In this document: in pieces, positions 1 to 9,169 of the stretch
Position numbering within the stretch: position 1 is the first letter of the stretch
How the letters are laid out: each line of letters starts with the position of its first letter
Virus record (IMG/VR): IMGVR_UViG_3300020045_007544
Coordinates: 1 to 30,450 of that record
Length of the DNA: 30,450 nt
Strand: one strand, 5' to 3'
Source: a virus
Taxonomy: Duplodnaviria; Caudoviricetes
Notes under the pieces: generated by a model
The model's input: only the letters and a program-made list of their open reading frames with translations
Database searches by the model: none
What the model was told of the DNA's origin: nothing
Position numbers and translations under genes: made by a program

Positions 1-1486
1 TGACCCTGCGGATACTGCTAGGGGCGATGGTGACTTGGCTGTTGACTTCGCTGAGTTGTTTGGTTCGATTGGTAAGGATGGCATTGCTGGCTCTCGAGGT
101 CAGACCCTTGTTTTCCGCGACTGGCAGAAGGAACTAACTCGGGCTGTTTATGCGCGGGATGCTAATGGTGACCTGAACTTCAGGACTGTTTTGGTCGGGA
201 TGCCCCGCAAATCCGGAAAGTCCGCCTGGGCTAGTGCCAGTGTGGCCATCTTCAAGCTCTTCGCTGAGGGTGTGAATGGTGCTGAAATCATCATTGCTGC
301 TGCTGAAAAGGAACAGGCTCGCATCATCTTTGAAGAGTGCAAGCGAATGATTGTGGATTCTGAACTGGGCGAACTCTGCAATGTCTATAAGGACTCGGTG
401 TTTGTGCCTAGTTCTGGCAATGTCATGAAGGTTGTTTCCGCTGAGGCTTACTCGAAAGAAGGCTATAACCCGAGTTGTGTCATCATTGACGAACTCCATG
501 CCCACAAGGACAGGGCGCTGTTCGATGTATTCTCGCTGGCTATGGGTAACCGAGGCAAACTTGGGCAACTCTATTGTGTGACCACCGCTGGAACTCGCAC
601 TGATTCAACTGGTCAAGACTCGATTGCATACAGCCTTTATCAGTATGGCAAGCAGGTTGCCACTGGCGAAGTTGTTGACCCGACTTTTTTTATGGCTTGG
701 TGGGAGGCTGATGAGGATGCTGACCACCGCTTGCCTGAAACTTGGGCTTCCTGTAACCCTGGTTTCGGTGATCTGGTTTCGGAAGAGGACTTCGCTTCTG
801 CTGTGCGCCGAACCCCCGAGGCTGAGTTTCGCACTAAGCGACTGAACCAATGGGTGAATAGCAAAATGGCTTGGTTGCCAGCCGGTGCTTGGGATGCGCT
901 GTCTGAGGATTGGGAGATGACTCCAGACACCGAGTATGTCCTCGGCTTCGATGGTTCTTGGTCGGGTGACTCTACTTCTGTGGTCGCGGTTGCCCTGCCT
1001 ACCGAAGAGGGCGAGCCTTACCGAGTGAAGCGAGTGGCCTCTTGGGAAAAGAACTTCGCTATCGATGATGATTCTTGGCGAGTTAGCAAAGATGAGGTTA
1101 CCGCTTGGCTGATGAAGTTTCACACCCAGTTCCCTCGGATGCGCGAGATGGCCTGTGACCCTTCCTACTGGTTTGATGAGTTGTTGCTCTGGCAAGAGTC
1201 TGGCATCCCTGTTGTGATGTATCGCAACTCACCTGAGCGAACTGTGCCAGCAACCTCGAAGCTGATGGATGGCATCATGACTGGCAAGATTATCCATGAT
1301 GGTGACCCTGCGCTTGCTCGCCATATTGACAACTGCATCTTGAAGATTGACCCTCGCGGTGGGCGAATAACTAAGGATTACAAGCAGCCTAAGCTTAAGG
1401 TTGACAATGCTATTGCTTTGATGATGGCTTATGATAGGGCTTCGGCTAGAATGGAAGAGGAGATTGTTCCGCAGTTTTTCTTTTAG
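1..1486 (+). CDS. terL: Terminase large subunit (5'-truncated by window edge)
   Basis: Walker A GMPRKSGKS, Walker B IIDELH, nuclease motif GFDGS and C-terminal KVDNAIA. The frame is open from base 2 (DPADTARGDGDL...), so the true start is probably upstream of the window. Confidence 0.96.
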   Translation, partial: DPADTARGDGDLAVDFAELFGSIGKDGIAGSRGQTLVFRDWQKELTRAVYARDANGDLNFRTVLVGMPRKSGKSAWASASVAIFKLFAEGVNGAEIIIAAAEKEQARIIFEECKRMIVDSELGELCNVYKDSVFVPSSGNVMKVVSAEAYSKEGYNPSCVIIDELHAHKDRALFDVFSLAMGNRGKLGQLYCVTTAGTRTDSTGQDSIAYSLYQYGKQVATGEVVDPTFFMAWWEADEDADHRLPETWASCNPGFGDLVSEEDFASAVRRTPEAEFRTKRLNQWVNSKMAWLPAGAWDALSEDWEMTPDTEYVLGFDGSWSGDSTSVVAVALPTEEGEPYRVKRVASWEKNFAIDDDSWRVSKDEVTAWLMKFHTQFPRMREMACDPSYWFDELLLWQESGIPVVMYRNSPERTVPATSKLMDGIMTGKIIHDGDPALARHIDNCILKIDPRGGRITKDYKQPKLKVDNAIALMMAYDRASARMEEEIVPQFFF

Positions 1487-1496
1487 GCAGGTATAG

Positions 1497-2840
1497 ATGG
1501 CAAACTTCTTTGACAGGTTCAAGCGCGAAGATCGCGCCATTTCATTCCAAACTGTTTGGGGCATGGGTGGCGATGTTGTCTTGGGTAACAACTCAAACAC
1601 CATGGTCAATGCCAAAACAGCATTTAGCCTTATCCCTGTCTTTAGTGCGGTCAGCCTAATCTCGGACACCATTTCGACTTTGCCTGTGGATGCTTACCAG
1701 CGCATTGATGGCAACCGCAAGCCTTACCGCCCTCGCCCTTCTTGGGTTGACCAGCCTGATGTTGACCAGACTCGCTCTGCTCACTACCAGCAGGTTTTGG
1801 TTTCTATGCTTATCTGGGGCAATGCTTATGTCCGCATTTTCCGCAATGGCAAGGGTGATGTTGTCAACCTTGTAGCTCTTGACCCTCAGAAGATGGAAGT
1901 GACTCGCTCGGCTATTGGGCGCAAACTGTTCCACTATGAGGGCGAAGAGAAGGCGCTGACTAGCGATGAGGTTATGCACCTAACTGACTTGCTTGAGCCT
2001 GGCGCGATTGTTGGCATGAGCCGAGTTGACCGCTTGCGCGAAGCCCTAGGTTTGGGCATTGCTCTACAAGACTTTGCTGCGACCTTCTTTGGTCAGGGTG
2101 TTTCTGGTTCGATGGTTGTTGAAGTGCCTGGCAATATCACCCCTGATCAGGCTCGCCAGTTGTCGGATTCGATGTCTAACCGCCATGGTGGTTGGCGCAA
2201 GTCTGGTCGCGCTGCGGTTCTTTCTGGCGGTGCAACTGTCAAGGATATGTCGGTTCAGAATGACCAGAGTCAGTTCATTGAGTCGCGCCGCTTCTTTGTT
2301 GAAGAGGTTGCTCGCCTGTTCAATATTCCCTTGCACTTCTTGGATGTGCCAGGTTCTCAGAGTTATTCTTCGGTTGAGCAGTCGGCTATTCAGTTTGTTC
2401 AGCACACCTTGCGCCCTTATATCGAAAAGCTGGAATGGTCTTACTCTCGCCTACTACCTGAGCAAGCCTTCTTGAAGTTCAATGTCGATGGCCTGTTGCG
2501 CGGTGACTTCAACAGCCGCATCTCGGCTTATGCAACCGGCTTGCAGTCTGGCTTTATGAGCATCAATGATGTGCGCCGAATCGAGGACATGACCCCTGTT
2601 GATGGTGGCGATGTTTACCGAGTGCCACTAGCCAATGTCAACCTTTCAGCTTCTAACTTGCCAGAACAGCAAGGAAAGATTGAGATGGTCAAGGCGCTGA
2701 TTCAGGTTGGCTTCAACCCAGAGGATGCACTCAAGGCTTTCGGTATTGCACCTATCGCTCACAGCGGTGTTCCTTCAACCCAGTTGCAAGCGGTCAACAC
2801 CATTGACCCTGAAAACCCTGCATCGGTTTATGGGGTCTAA
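1497..2840 (+). CDS. HK97-family portal protein
   Basis: Follows TerL. Portal motifs VFSAVSLISDTISTLP, LIWGNAY, EVARLFNIP, FNVDGLLRGD, MSINDVRRIE. Confidence 0.95.
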   Translation: MANFFDRFKREDRAISFQTVWGMGGDVVLGNNSNTMVNAKTAFSLIPVFSAVSLISDTISTLPVDAYQRIDGNRKPYRPRPSWVDQPDVDQTRSAHYQQVLVSMLIWGNAYVRIFRNGKGDVVNLVALDPQKMEVTRSAIGRKLFHYEGEEKALTSDEVMHLTDLLEPGAIVGMSRVDRLREALGLGIALQDFAATFFGQGVSGSMVVEVPGNITPDQARQLSDSMSNRHGGWRKSGRAAVLSGGATVKDMSVQNDQSQFIESRRFFVEEVARLFNIPLHFLDVPGSQSYSSVEQSAIQFVQHTLRPYIEKLEWSYSRLLPEQAFLKFNVDGLLRGDFNSRISAYATGLQSGFMSINDVRRIEDMTPVDGGDVYRVPLANVNLSASNLPEQQGKIEMVKALIQVGFNPEDALKAFGIAPIAHSGVPSTQLQAVNTIDPENPASVYGV

Positions 2841-3547
2841 TGAGTTTGACACAAGCGGTTTATTCGGTAGGCACAGCAACTCAAACAGTTGTTGCGCCGA
2901 CTAATGATTTTGCTGAGTATGTCCTAAAGAACTTAGAACCACAGGGCGCAGATAACCTAGCAAGAGATGGCCATGTCTACCTTGTCGGTCAGCAATTTAG
3001 TATTGCTTCTGGAGGCACTGTTGCCTTCTCGATGACCACTGGGGCAACTGGCGCACAGTTCGAGTTCTATCAGATCATCTCTAGCGACTCGCCTGTTTAT
3101 TCTTCGCTGATAGAGGGCGCAACCATTGTGACTAATGGTTCTGCCATCCCTGCCTATAACCTAAACCGCAATCACAGCGACAGCCACAGTGCAGTGCTAC
3201 TGCCAGCAACCTCGGTGACTGGTGGCACTGTTATCAGTTCAGAGTTTGTGACCGCTTCAATTCATGGCGGTGGCGCACTGGGTTCAGACAAGGTTCACAC
3301 CCTTAAGCCTTCAACTCAGTATGCGATGCGCTTTGTCAATCAGGGCAATCAGACAACCACTGTTTTCTTTCAGCTCGGTTTCGCTGAACAATACAATGGC
3401 TACTCTGAGATTTGGTTAGGCACTGTGGATAACTCTTTTGTTCTGCGACCTGGGCAAGAACTCAAGATGACACTGAACCCGAACTCTCCAATCAATGCCA
3501 CCGCGAAAGCCGATGGTTGCCGTCTATCAGTTATGAGGCAGGAATAA
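2840..3547 (+). CDS. Hypothetical beta-rich virion (head-associated) protein
   Basis: 235 aa, TAATG-coupled to portal, lies between portal and protease; S/T/G-rich. Confidence 0.7.
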   Translation: MSLTQAVYSVGTATQTVVAPTNDFAEYVLKNLEPQGADNLARDGHVYLVGQQFSIASGGTVAFSMTTGATGAQFEFYQIISSDSPVYSSLIEGATIVTNGSAIPAYNLNRNHSDSHSAVLLPATSVTGGTVISSEFVTASIHGGGALGSDKVHTLKPSTQYAMRFVNQGNQTTTVFFQLGFAEQYNGYSEIWLGTVDNSFVLRPGQELKMTLNPNSPINATAKADGCRLSVMRQE

Positions 3548-3548
3548 A

Positions 3549-5099
3549 ATGCCATATTTCATTACCAAAGAAAATCCAGAGTGTTCAGGTTGGGCTGTTG
3601 AGGATGAGGCTGGCGCTGTGCTAGGTTGCCATGACACCAAACAGTCAGCGATTGATCAGGCTGTGGCTGTGAGCATCAACACCGATGAGGAGTTTGTTGG
3701 CGAGCGCGCTGCGGTAGATTCCCTCCAGCCTGGTGACTATGTTTCTTGGAATGTCTTTGACCCTGAGATTCTTGCTGAGGTCGAGATGACCAAGGGGCAG
3801 ATGGCTGTCCTGAAACTGTATGAGGAAGAGGATGGCATTTTTACTGCCACCGATAAGTTCCTTATCCTCAATGTCTTGAAGCTCGAGAAGATTGCTCGCC
3901 CTGAGATGATTGCCGAGAAGTTCGAGGAAGTCGAAACCGACCAGCCTGAGCTTGAGCAGGTTCGCGCAATCAATGAGGGCGCACCGGCTTATATGCGGGC
4001 AGCAGCTCGCCGCGGTCTTGAATACTATGCTGAAGGTCTTGCTGGTGATGGTGTTGTTGAGCGCACTATCAGCGAAGCCCGAGCAATGGCTGAGGGTGAA
4101 ATCAGCGATGACAAGTGGGTGCGCATTGCCGCTTGGATTGCTCGCCACCTTGTAGACCTAGACAGCCCAGATGCTGACCCTTCTTCTGAGAACTACCCTT
4201 CGCCTGGTGTTGTTGCCCATCTACTTTGGGGTTCAGGGCCATCGAAGCGCGCAGCAGAGCGCACTCTCGCATTTGCTGAATCGGTTGTTGCTAGAATTAG
4301 GGAAGAAGAGAGAGGCACTATGACTGATCTAGTAATGGATGAGGCTCGCGCTAAATGGCTTAAGGTTGCCTATTCAATCAAGGCAAAACTAGAAGGCACT
4401 GTTGAGGGTCGCGCTATTGGCGGTCGCGAAGTTCGCACCAACCATGTCGAGTTGCGCGCTGAGGGCGATGGCCGCACCTTTACAGGTTATGCGGCAGTCT
4501 TTGGTCAGCCAAGCCTTCCACTACCTTTCACTGAGATTGTCAAGCCTGGCGCTTTCAAGCGCTCACTCCAGTCGCGCTCTCGCATGATGCTTCTGTGGAA
4601 TCATGACACCTCAAACCCATTGGCTTCAACTCGCAATGGTTCGCTTCAGATGGTCGAGGACTCAGTTGGTCTAAAGGTCACAGCAACCCTGCCAGACACC
4701 ACCCTTGGTCGCGACATCGCAGAGCTTGTTCGCACAGGTGTCATTGATGCCATGTCATTCGGCTTCGCAGTTAAGAAGGACTCTTGGTCACAGGATGGGC
4801 AGACTCGCTACCTTGAAGATGTCGATTTGTTCGAGGCAAGTATTGTGTCCACTCCGGCTTATGAACAGACCTCTGGCACTATCGCAGTTCGCGCAGTAGA
4901 CACCATCTCAGCCGACCTACTTGCTGAAGCCTTGCTGAAGATTGAGTCAGGCGAAGAACTAGACCCAGAGCAGGGCGCACTAATCGGTGCGGTTATTGGT
5001 AAACTAACCAAGACAGAAGAGCCAGAAGTTAAAGAAACTGAAGGTGATGTCACTGCTCTCTATAAGGCTAAGCTCGCGCTTGCCGAGATTGGAAACTAA
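3549..5099 (+). CDS. HK97-type prohead protease with long N-terminal extension
   Basis: C-terminal half has FTGYAAVF, EIVKPGAF, LLWNHD, MSFGF, LFEASIVSTPAY (S78-like). About 290 aa of extra acidic N-terminal modules. Confidence 0.92.
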   Translation: MPYFITKENPECSGWAVEDEAGAVLGCHDTKQSAIDQAVAVSINTDEEFVGERAAVDSLQPGDYVSWNVFDPEILAEVEMTKGQMAVLKLYEEEDGIFTATDKFLILNVLKLEKIARPEMIAEKFEEVETDQPELEQVRAINEGAPAYMRAAARRGLEYYAEGLAGDGVVERTISEARAMAEGEISDDKWVRIAAWIARHLVDLDSPDADPSSENYPSPGVVAHLLWGSGPSKRAAERTLAFAESVVARIREEERGTMTDLVMDEARAKWLKVAYSIKAKLEGTVEGRAIGGREVRTNHVELRAEGDGRTFTGYAAVFGQPSLPLPFTEIVKPGAFKRSLQSRSRMMLLWNHDTSNPLASTRNGSLQMVEDSVGLKVTATLPDTTLGRDIAELVRTGVIDAMSFGFAVKKDSWSQDGQTRYLEDVDLFEASIVSTPAYEQTSGTIAVRAVDTISADLLAEALLKIESGEELDPEQGALIGAVIGKLTKTEEPEVKETEGDVTALYKAKLALAEIGN

Positions 5100-5254
5100 T
5101 GGCTACTCCAGCAGATATCAAAACCGCAATCGAAGTCATCAAGGAAGTTGCCGGCGATCCAGAAGTGGGCGCTGTCAAGGAACTGATTGACCTACTAAAC
5201 TCCAGCACCGCGCCCAAAGAAGTGCGCATCATAGGTGCTGCTGAGAAGCGCTAG
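5099..5254 (+). CDS. Small head-module protein, 51 aa (not in ORF track)
   Basis: TAATG overlap with protease stop; reads MATPADIKTAIEVIKEVAGDPEVGAVKELIDLLNSSTAPKEVRIIGAAEKR*. Confidence 0.75.
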   Translation: MATPADIKTAIEVIKEVAGDPEVGAVKELIDLLNSSTAPKEVRIIGAAEKR

Positions 5255-5272
5255 CCGTTTTCTAGCGCATCG

Positions 5273-5312
5273 CCCCCTGAGTTCTTATTCCCTTTCGGCT
5301 CAGGGGGTTTCT
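5273..5312 (+). terminator. Hairpin / probable intrinsic terminator
   Basis: CCCCCTGAG (5273-5281) pairs with CTCAGGGGG (5299-5307), followed by TTTCT. Confidence 0.6.
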
Positions 5313-5342
5313 CATACCCTGAGCAGGTATGTAGCAACCTTG

Positions 5343-5433
5343 TAGAATATAACTAGGTTCTGAGTTCCTCGGCCTGTATCTGTTCAGAGTTCCTCGGCAG
5401 AATCCCCTAATTCATTTAACAAAGGAAATAACA
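5343..5433 (+). promoter_or_regulatory. Capsid promoter (-10 TAGAAT) and 5' leader with tandem repeat
   Basis: TAGAAT 5343-5348; GTTC(T/A)GAGTTCCTCGGC at 5357-5373 and 5382-5398; RBS AAGGA before ATG 5434. Confidence 0.6.
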
Positions 5434-6579
5434 ATGTCAGAGTTCTTGAAGAACCAGGCAGAAGTTCGCAACAACCTTGTTGCTCAGATGCGCGAAATCC
5501 TAGATTTTGCTTCTGAGGAAAAGCGCGGACTGTCAGCCGAAGAAATGCAGAAGATCGACCGCATCGAAGCCGACATCGAGGCTCGCGATGCTTCAATCGC
5601 AACCGCAAAGCGCATCGAAGAGCGCGCATCTCAGGCAACTGAGGCTGCTGCTTCATTCGCACCAACCACCGCTGCAACCTCAACCGATGCAGACTTGCTT
5701 CGCGCAATCGCTCGCGGTGAAGTTCGCGGTCACGAGTTCGAGGCTCGCGCCGCGCTAGTTCCTAGCTCGAACACTGTTGGCCAGTCTTTCTATTCTCGAG
5801 TATTTGAAATCGCTCAGTTGGTTGGCCCAATGCTAACCACCTCAGAGGTATTCAACACCACCTCGGGTGAGAACCTAGTTATCCCAACCGTAACCGCAAC
5901 CTCATCTGCTGGTTCAGTTGCTGCTGGTTCAGCAATCTCAGAGAGCAACCCAACCTTCTCATCAATCACCCTTGGTGCAGAGAAGTATGGTGCGCTTGTA
6001 TCAGTCGCTTCAGAGCTTGTTGCTGATGCTGGCTTCGACATCACTGGTTACATTGCTCAGGAACTTGGTAAGGCTATCGGTCTACAGACCAACTCAGTCC
6101 TAACCACCAAGTTGGCTGCTGCTGCTGGTTCTGCTGTAACCGGTGGAACTGGTGTTGCTGGTGCTTTCACCTATGAGAACCTAGTTGACCTAGTGTATGC
6201 AATCGATGGATCAGCTCGTCTGCTTCCTTCAACCGGCTTCATGATGGCTAAGTCAGGTCTTGCTACCGCTCGCAAGCTCAAGGATGGCAATGGTTCATAC
6301 ATCTGGACTGACTCTGCTGTTCCTGGTCAGGCTGCAACCCTACTTGGCTACTCAGTATATGAGAACCCAGGTGTTGCTGCTGTTGCAACTGGCGCGAAGT
6401 CTGTTCTGTTCGGTGCGCTTGACTCATTCAAGGTTCGTGTAGCTGGCGGTGTCCGCGTAGACCAGTCTGCTGACTATGCCTTCGCTAATGATGTTGTGAC
6501 CTACCGCGGCCTAACTCGCCTCGATGGTGGACTGACTCACTCAGCACACATCCAGTATTTCAAGGGTGGCGCAAGCTAA
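5434..6579 (+). CDS. HK97-fold major capsid protein with N-terminal delta (scaffold) domain
   Basis: Coiled-coil N-terminus, then VASELVADAGFD, LKDGNGSYIW, TLLGYSVYEN, LFGALD, RLDG motifs. Confidence 0.95.
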   Translation: MSEFLKNQAEVRNNLVAQMREILDFASEEKRGLSAEEMQKIDRIEADIEARDASIATAKRIEERASQATEAAASFAPTTAATSTDADLLRAIARGEVRGHEFEARAALVPSSNTVGQSFYSRVFEIAQLVGPMLTTSEVFNTTSGENLVIPTVTATSSAGSVAAGSAISESNPTFSSITLGAEKYGALVSVASELVADAGFDITGYIAQELGKAIGLQTNSVLTTKLAAAAGSAVTGGTGVAGAFTYENLVDLVYAIDGSARLLPSTGFMMAKSGLATARKLKDGNGSYIWTDSAVPGQAATLLGYSVYENPGVAAVATGAKSVLFGALDSFKVRVAGGVRVDQSADYAFANDVVTYRGLTRLDGGLTHSAHIQYFKGGAS

Positions 6580-6595
6580 ACCTCGAAGTAAAGCC

Positions 6596-6640
6596 GGAAG
6601 GCCCTCAACTCTGCGTAGGGAGTTGGGGGCTTTCCTCTAC
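6596..6640. terminator. Hairpin terminator between convergent capsid and HNH genes
   Basis: GGAAGGCCCTCAACTC / GAGTTGGGGGCTTTCC, a 16 bp stem with G-U pairs. Confidence 0.7.
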
Positions 6641-7240
6641 CTTGGATTTCCAGACTTTCCATTCCATCCAAGTTTTATTCCCTTTAGATGAGTTACATGA
6701 TTTGCATAAGGTTATGAGATTACCGATTCCATGATCTCCTTTTCGAGTTCTTGGAATTAAATGCTCGATAGTCATTATTGATGTATCTTTACTGGCATGA
6801 CAAGCAAAACACTTTGAATCATAAAGTGTGTTAATTTCCTTATTTGTGACATAAAAAACTTTTCCTCCAAGTTTTTTAGTCATACTCTTGAGCATTGCTT
6901 CTGCTCTGCGCCTATAATTCTTTCTTGCTCTGACCGCTGCTTTGCGATTTACATATTCTTGATTTGCCAAGCGATAGCGCTTATTTGACATATAAACTTC
7001 AACAGGTTTTTCTTGTCTGCGCTTTCTCGAGTATGCTCGCCCCTTCTCAGGATCTTTCGCATAATTCCTAGCATTTTGAGCTTTGATTATCTCGGGATTG
7101 TTTGCACCATAGTTGCGCTTGTATTCTCTCCAACAGCTTCGACATCTAGGGCGGTATTTGCCAGGTCTATCATGGCGAGGAATAAACTCACTTAGAGGTT
7201 GGGTTTGCTTGCAGAAGTTGCATAGCCTAGACTCATTCAT
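6605..7240 (-). CDS. HNH homing endonuclease (antisense, AT-rich)
   Basis: N-terminal CxxC...CxxC, basic helical middle, CFAC...IEHLIP...H...NLITLCKSCNSSKG. Visibly lower GC than its neighbours; RBS AAGGAG. Confidence 0.9.
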   Translation of the reverse strand: MNESRLCNFCKQTQPLSEFIPRHDRPGKYRPRCRSCWREYKRNYGANNPEIIKAQNARNYAKDPEKGRAYSRKRRQEKPVEVYMSNKRYRLANQEYVNRKAAVRARKNYRRRAEAMLKSMTKKLGGKVFYVTNKEINTLYDSKCFACHASKDTSIMTIEHLIPRTRKGDHGIGNLITLCKSCNSSKGNKTWMEWKVWKSKVEESPQLPTQS

Positions 7241-7297
7241 ATCAAACTCCTTCTAAGTTTGGTCATGCCCCTGGATGTTTGCGCATCGCAGGGGTTT
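7241..7297 (-). promoter_or_regulatory. Two-hairpin leader of HNH, second hairpin sequesters the RBS
   Basis: Minus strand: CCCCTG-C-GATG-CGCAAA-CATC-CAGGGG, then CAAACT-TAGAAGG-AGTTTG-AT-ATG. Confidence 0.6.
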
Positions 7298-7331
7298 TCT
7301 TATAGTCTTAGACTACTACGAAAGGGAACAA

Positions 7332-8519
7332 ATGGCGAAGTCTAAAATTGATGGTTTGGTGACAGTCTGGAGTAATAGCCCTGGCGAGGCCACTGGATAC
7401 GGTCAGCAAGCTGGTTATTTAGTTGATCGCCTTAAGCGCGATGGCGCTACAGTAGCCGCTTCTAGCAACTATGGCTTAGAAGGGTCAATCTCCACTTATC
7501 AAACTAAGTATGGTTCTATTCCTCATTATCCTCGAGGCTCTGAGGCTTACTCCAATGATGTCGCGCCTATGCACCATGCACACTTCAAAGCACAGCACCC
7601 TGGCAAGCCAGATGTCTGGATTTCACTCTACGATGTCTGGGTGCTAAAAGGCGCACAGTTCGACAAGATGAATATTGCTTCCTGGACTCCGATTGACCAC
7701 ATGAGCCTTCCACCTGGAGTTGAGTCATGGCTTCGCAAGCCTAATGTCACCCCGATTGCTATGGCCCCGAATGGTGTGCGCCAGATGGAGGCTAAGGGCA
7801 TTGACTGTGAGTATGTGCCGCATGGCATTGATACCAAGATTTATAAGCCGACTGCAACCATTGAGGGGCAACCCGCTCGCGACTATATGGGGCTGAAGGA
7901 TGAGTTTGTGGTTGGCATGGTTTCGGCAAACAAGGCTTCGGGCCTGATTCACCGCAAGGCTTTCAGCGAGAACCTGTTGGCTTTCAGCATCTTCCGCCAG
8001 AAGCACCCTGATGCTGTGCTGTATATGCACACTGATCCGCTGGGAACTCAGGGCGGTTGGCAGTTGCTTCCTATGCTTGCTGCTTTTGGTATTCCTAAAG
8101 AGGCTGTGATGTTTCCGCCTTTTGTTGACTATCGCTATGGCATGAGCCAGCAGACTTTGGCTGGGCTTTACAGCGCAATGGATGTCTTGCTTGCAACTTC
8201 CTATGGCGAGGGCTTCGGCATCCCAACTGTCGAGGCTCAGGCTTGTGGCACTCGGGTGATTGGTTCTAGCTGGGGCGCAACCCCTGACTTGCTCGCTGAG
8301 GATTCTTGGATGGTTGAGGGGCAGCCTATGTGGGATGCTGGGCAAAATGCTATCTGGCAGATGCCTCTTGTGCCTTCGATTGTCAATGCGCTTGAAGAGG
8401 CTTACCAAGCCGAGCGAGGCACTAGCCAGGTTGCGGTTGATTTCGCTAAGCAGTTCGATGTGGAAACTGTTTGGCAGAAGCACTGGTTGCCGGTCATCGG
8501 TCGCTTGCTAAACAAATGA
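7332..8519 (+). CDS. Glycosyltransferase, GT-B fold (GT4-like)
   Basis: VPHGID, MDVLLATSYGEGFGIPTVEAQACG (EX7E). Start moved to ATG 7332, after -10 TAGACT and RBS GAAAGGGA. Confidence 0.92.
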   Translation: MAKSKIDGLVTVWSNSPGEATGYGQQAGYLVDRLKRDGATVAASSNYGLEGSISTYQTKYGSIPHYPRGSEAYSNDVAPMHHAHFKAQHPGKPDVWISLYDVWVLKGAQFDKMNIASWTPIDHMSLPPGVESWLRKPNVTPIAMAPNGVRQMEAKGIDCEYVPHGIDTKIYKPTATIEGQPARDYMGLKDEFVVGMVSANKASGLIHRKAFSENLLAFSIFRQKHPDAVLYMHTDPLGTQGGWQLLPMLAAFGIPKEAVMFPPFVDYRYGMSQQTLAGLYSAMDVLLATSYGEGFGIPTVEAQACGTRVIGSSWGATPDLLAEDSWMVEGQPMWDAGQNAIWQMPLVPSIVNALEEAYQAERGTSQVAVDFAKQFDVETVWQKHWLPVIGRLLNK

Positions 8520-9169
8520 TTCCTGTTCTCGGCTTCTGCACTCTGAAGCGGTTTGACCTTGCTGACCGCTTGCTTGCTTCGATTGATTACCCTGTCGAGC
8601 ATCTGGTCATCATTGACAACTCGGGGCTTGGCTCAGTCGGTTACACCCCTAAAAAGCCCGATTCTGTTAAACACCTGTGGACTCTCAGGATGCCCTTTGG
8701 ACTGGGTTTGGTTGGTGCTTGGAATCTGATTATCAAAGCAACCCCATATGCCCCCTACTGGCTTCTGGTGAATGATGATGCCTATTTTGAGGCTGGTGCT
8801 TTGGAGAAGATTGCCGCCGAGGTGGACACTCAGGCTCTGAACTTTCTGAAGATCAACACAGCCTGGTCTGCGGTTGTTTTCGGTGAGGGCATGGTGGACA
8901 AGGTTGGGCTTTATGATGAGCGCTTTTATCCGCTCTACTATGATGACAATGACCTAGAGCGCCGAGTGCGCCACCATGGTGTGCCTATCAAGACTATTGA
9001 GGCCGTAGTTCATCATGAGAACTCTAGTACATTGAATAGTGGTTACCAGGTTGCTAATTCCCGCAGCTTTGGTGCTAACCAAAATTTATTTATTCAAAAA
9101 GAGCATGACGGTGATTACACTCAGGGTGAGTGGTCGTTGAAGACTAGAAGGGCAAACCGATGGGATTGA
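8516..9169 (+). CDS. Glycosyltransferase, GT-A fold (GT2-like)
   Basis: IIDNS, GAWN, LVNDD, GLYDERFYPLYYDDNDL, HHENSST. Start at ATGA overlap 8516. Confidence 0.88.
   Translation: MIPVLGFCTLKRFDLADRLLASIDYPVEHLVIIDNSGLGSVGYTPKKPDSVKHLWTLRMPFGLGLVGAWNLIIKATPYAPYWLLVNDDAYFEAGALEKIAAEVDTQALNFLKINTAWSAVVFGEGMVDKVGLYDERFYPLYYDDNDLERRVRHHGVPIKTIEAVVHHENSSTLNSGYQVANSRSFGANQNLFIQKEHDGDYTQGEWSLKTRRANRWD

Noticed and set aside
7275-7331. ORF-track N-terminal extensions (7275, 8471, 12066, 22861, 23051, 23520)
   Set aside because: Downstream starts have an RBS, a promoter or stop-start coupling, and the extensions run over regulatory elements or neighbouring genes.
134-8602. Long antisense and alternate-frame ORFs over terminase, portal, protease, capsid and GT genes
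   Set aside because: Shadow ORFs of well-supported genes, with no motifs or RBS.
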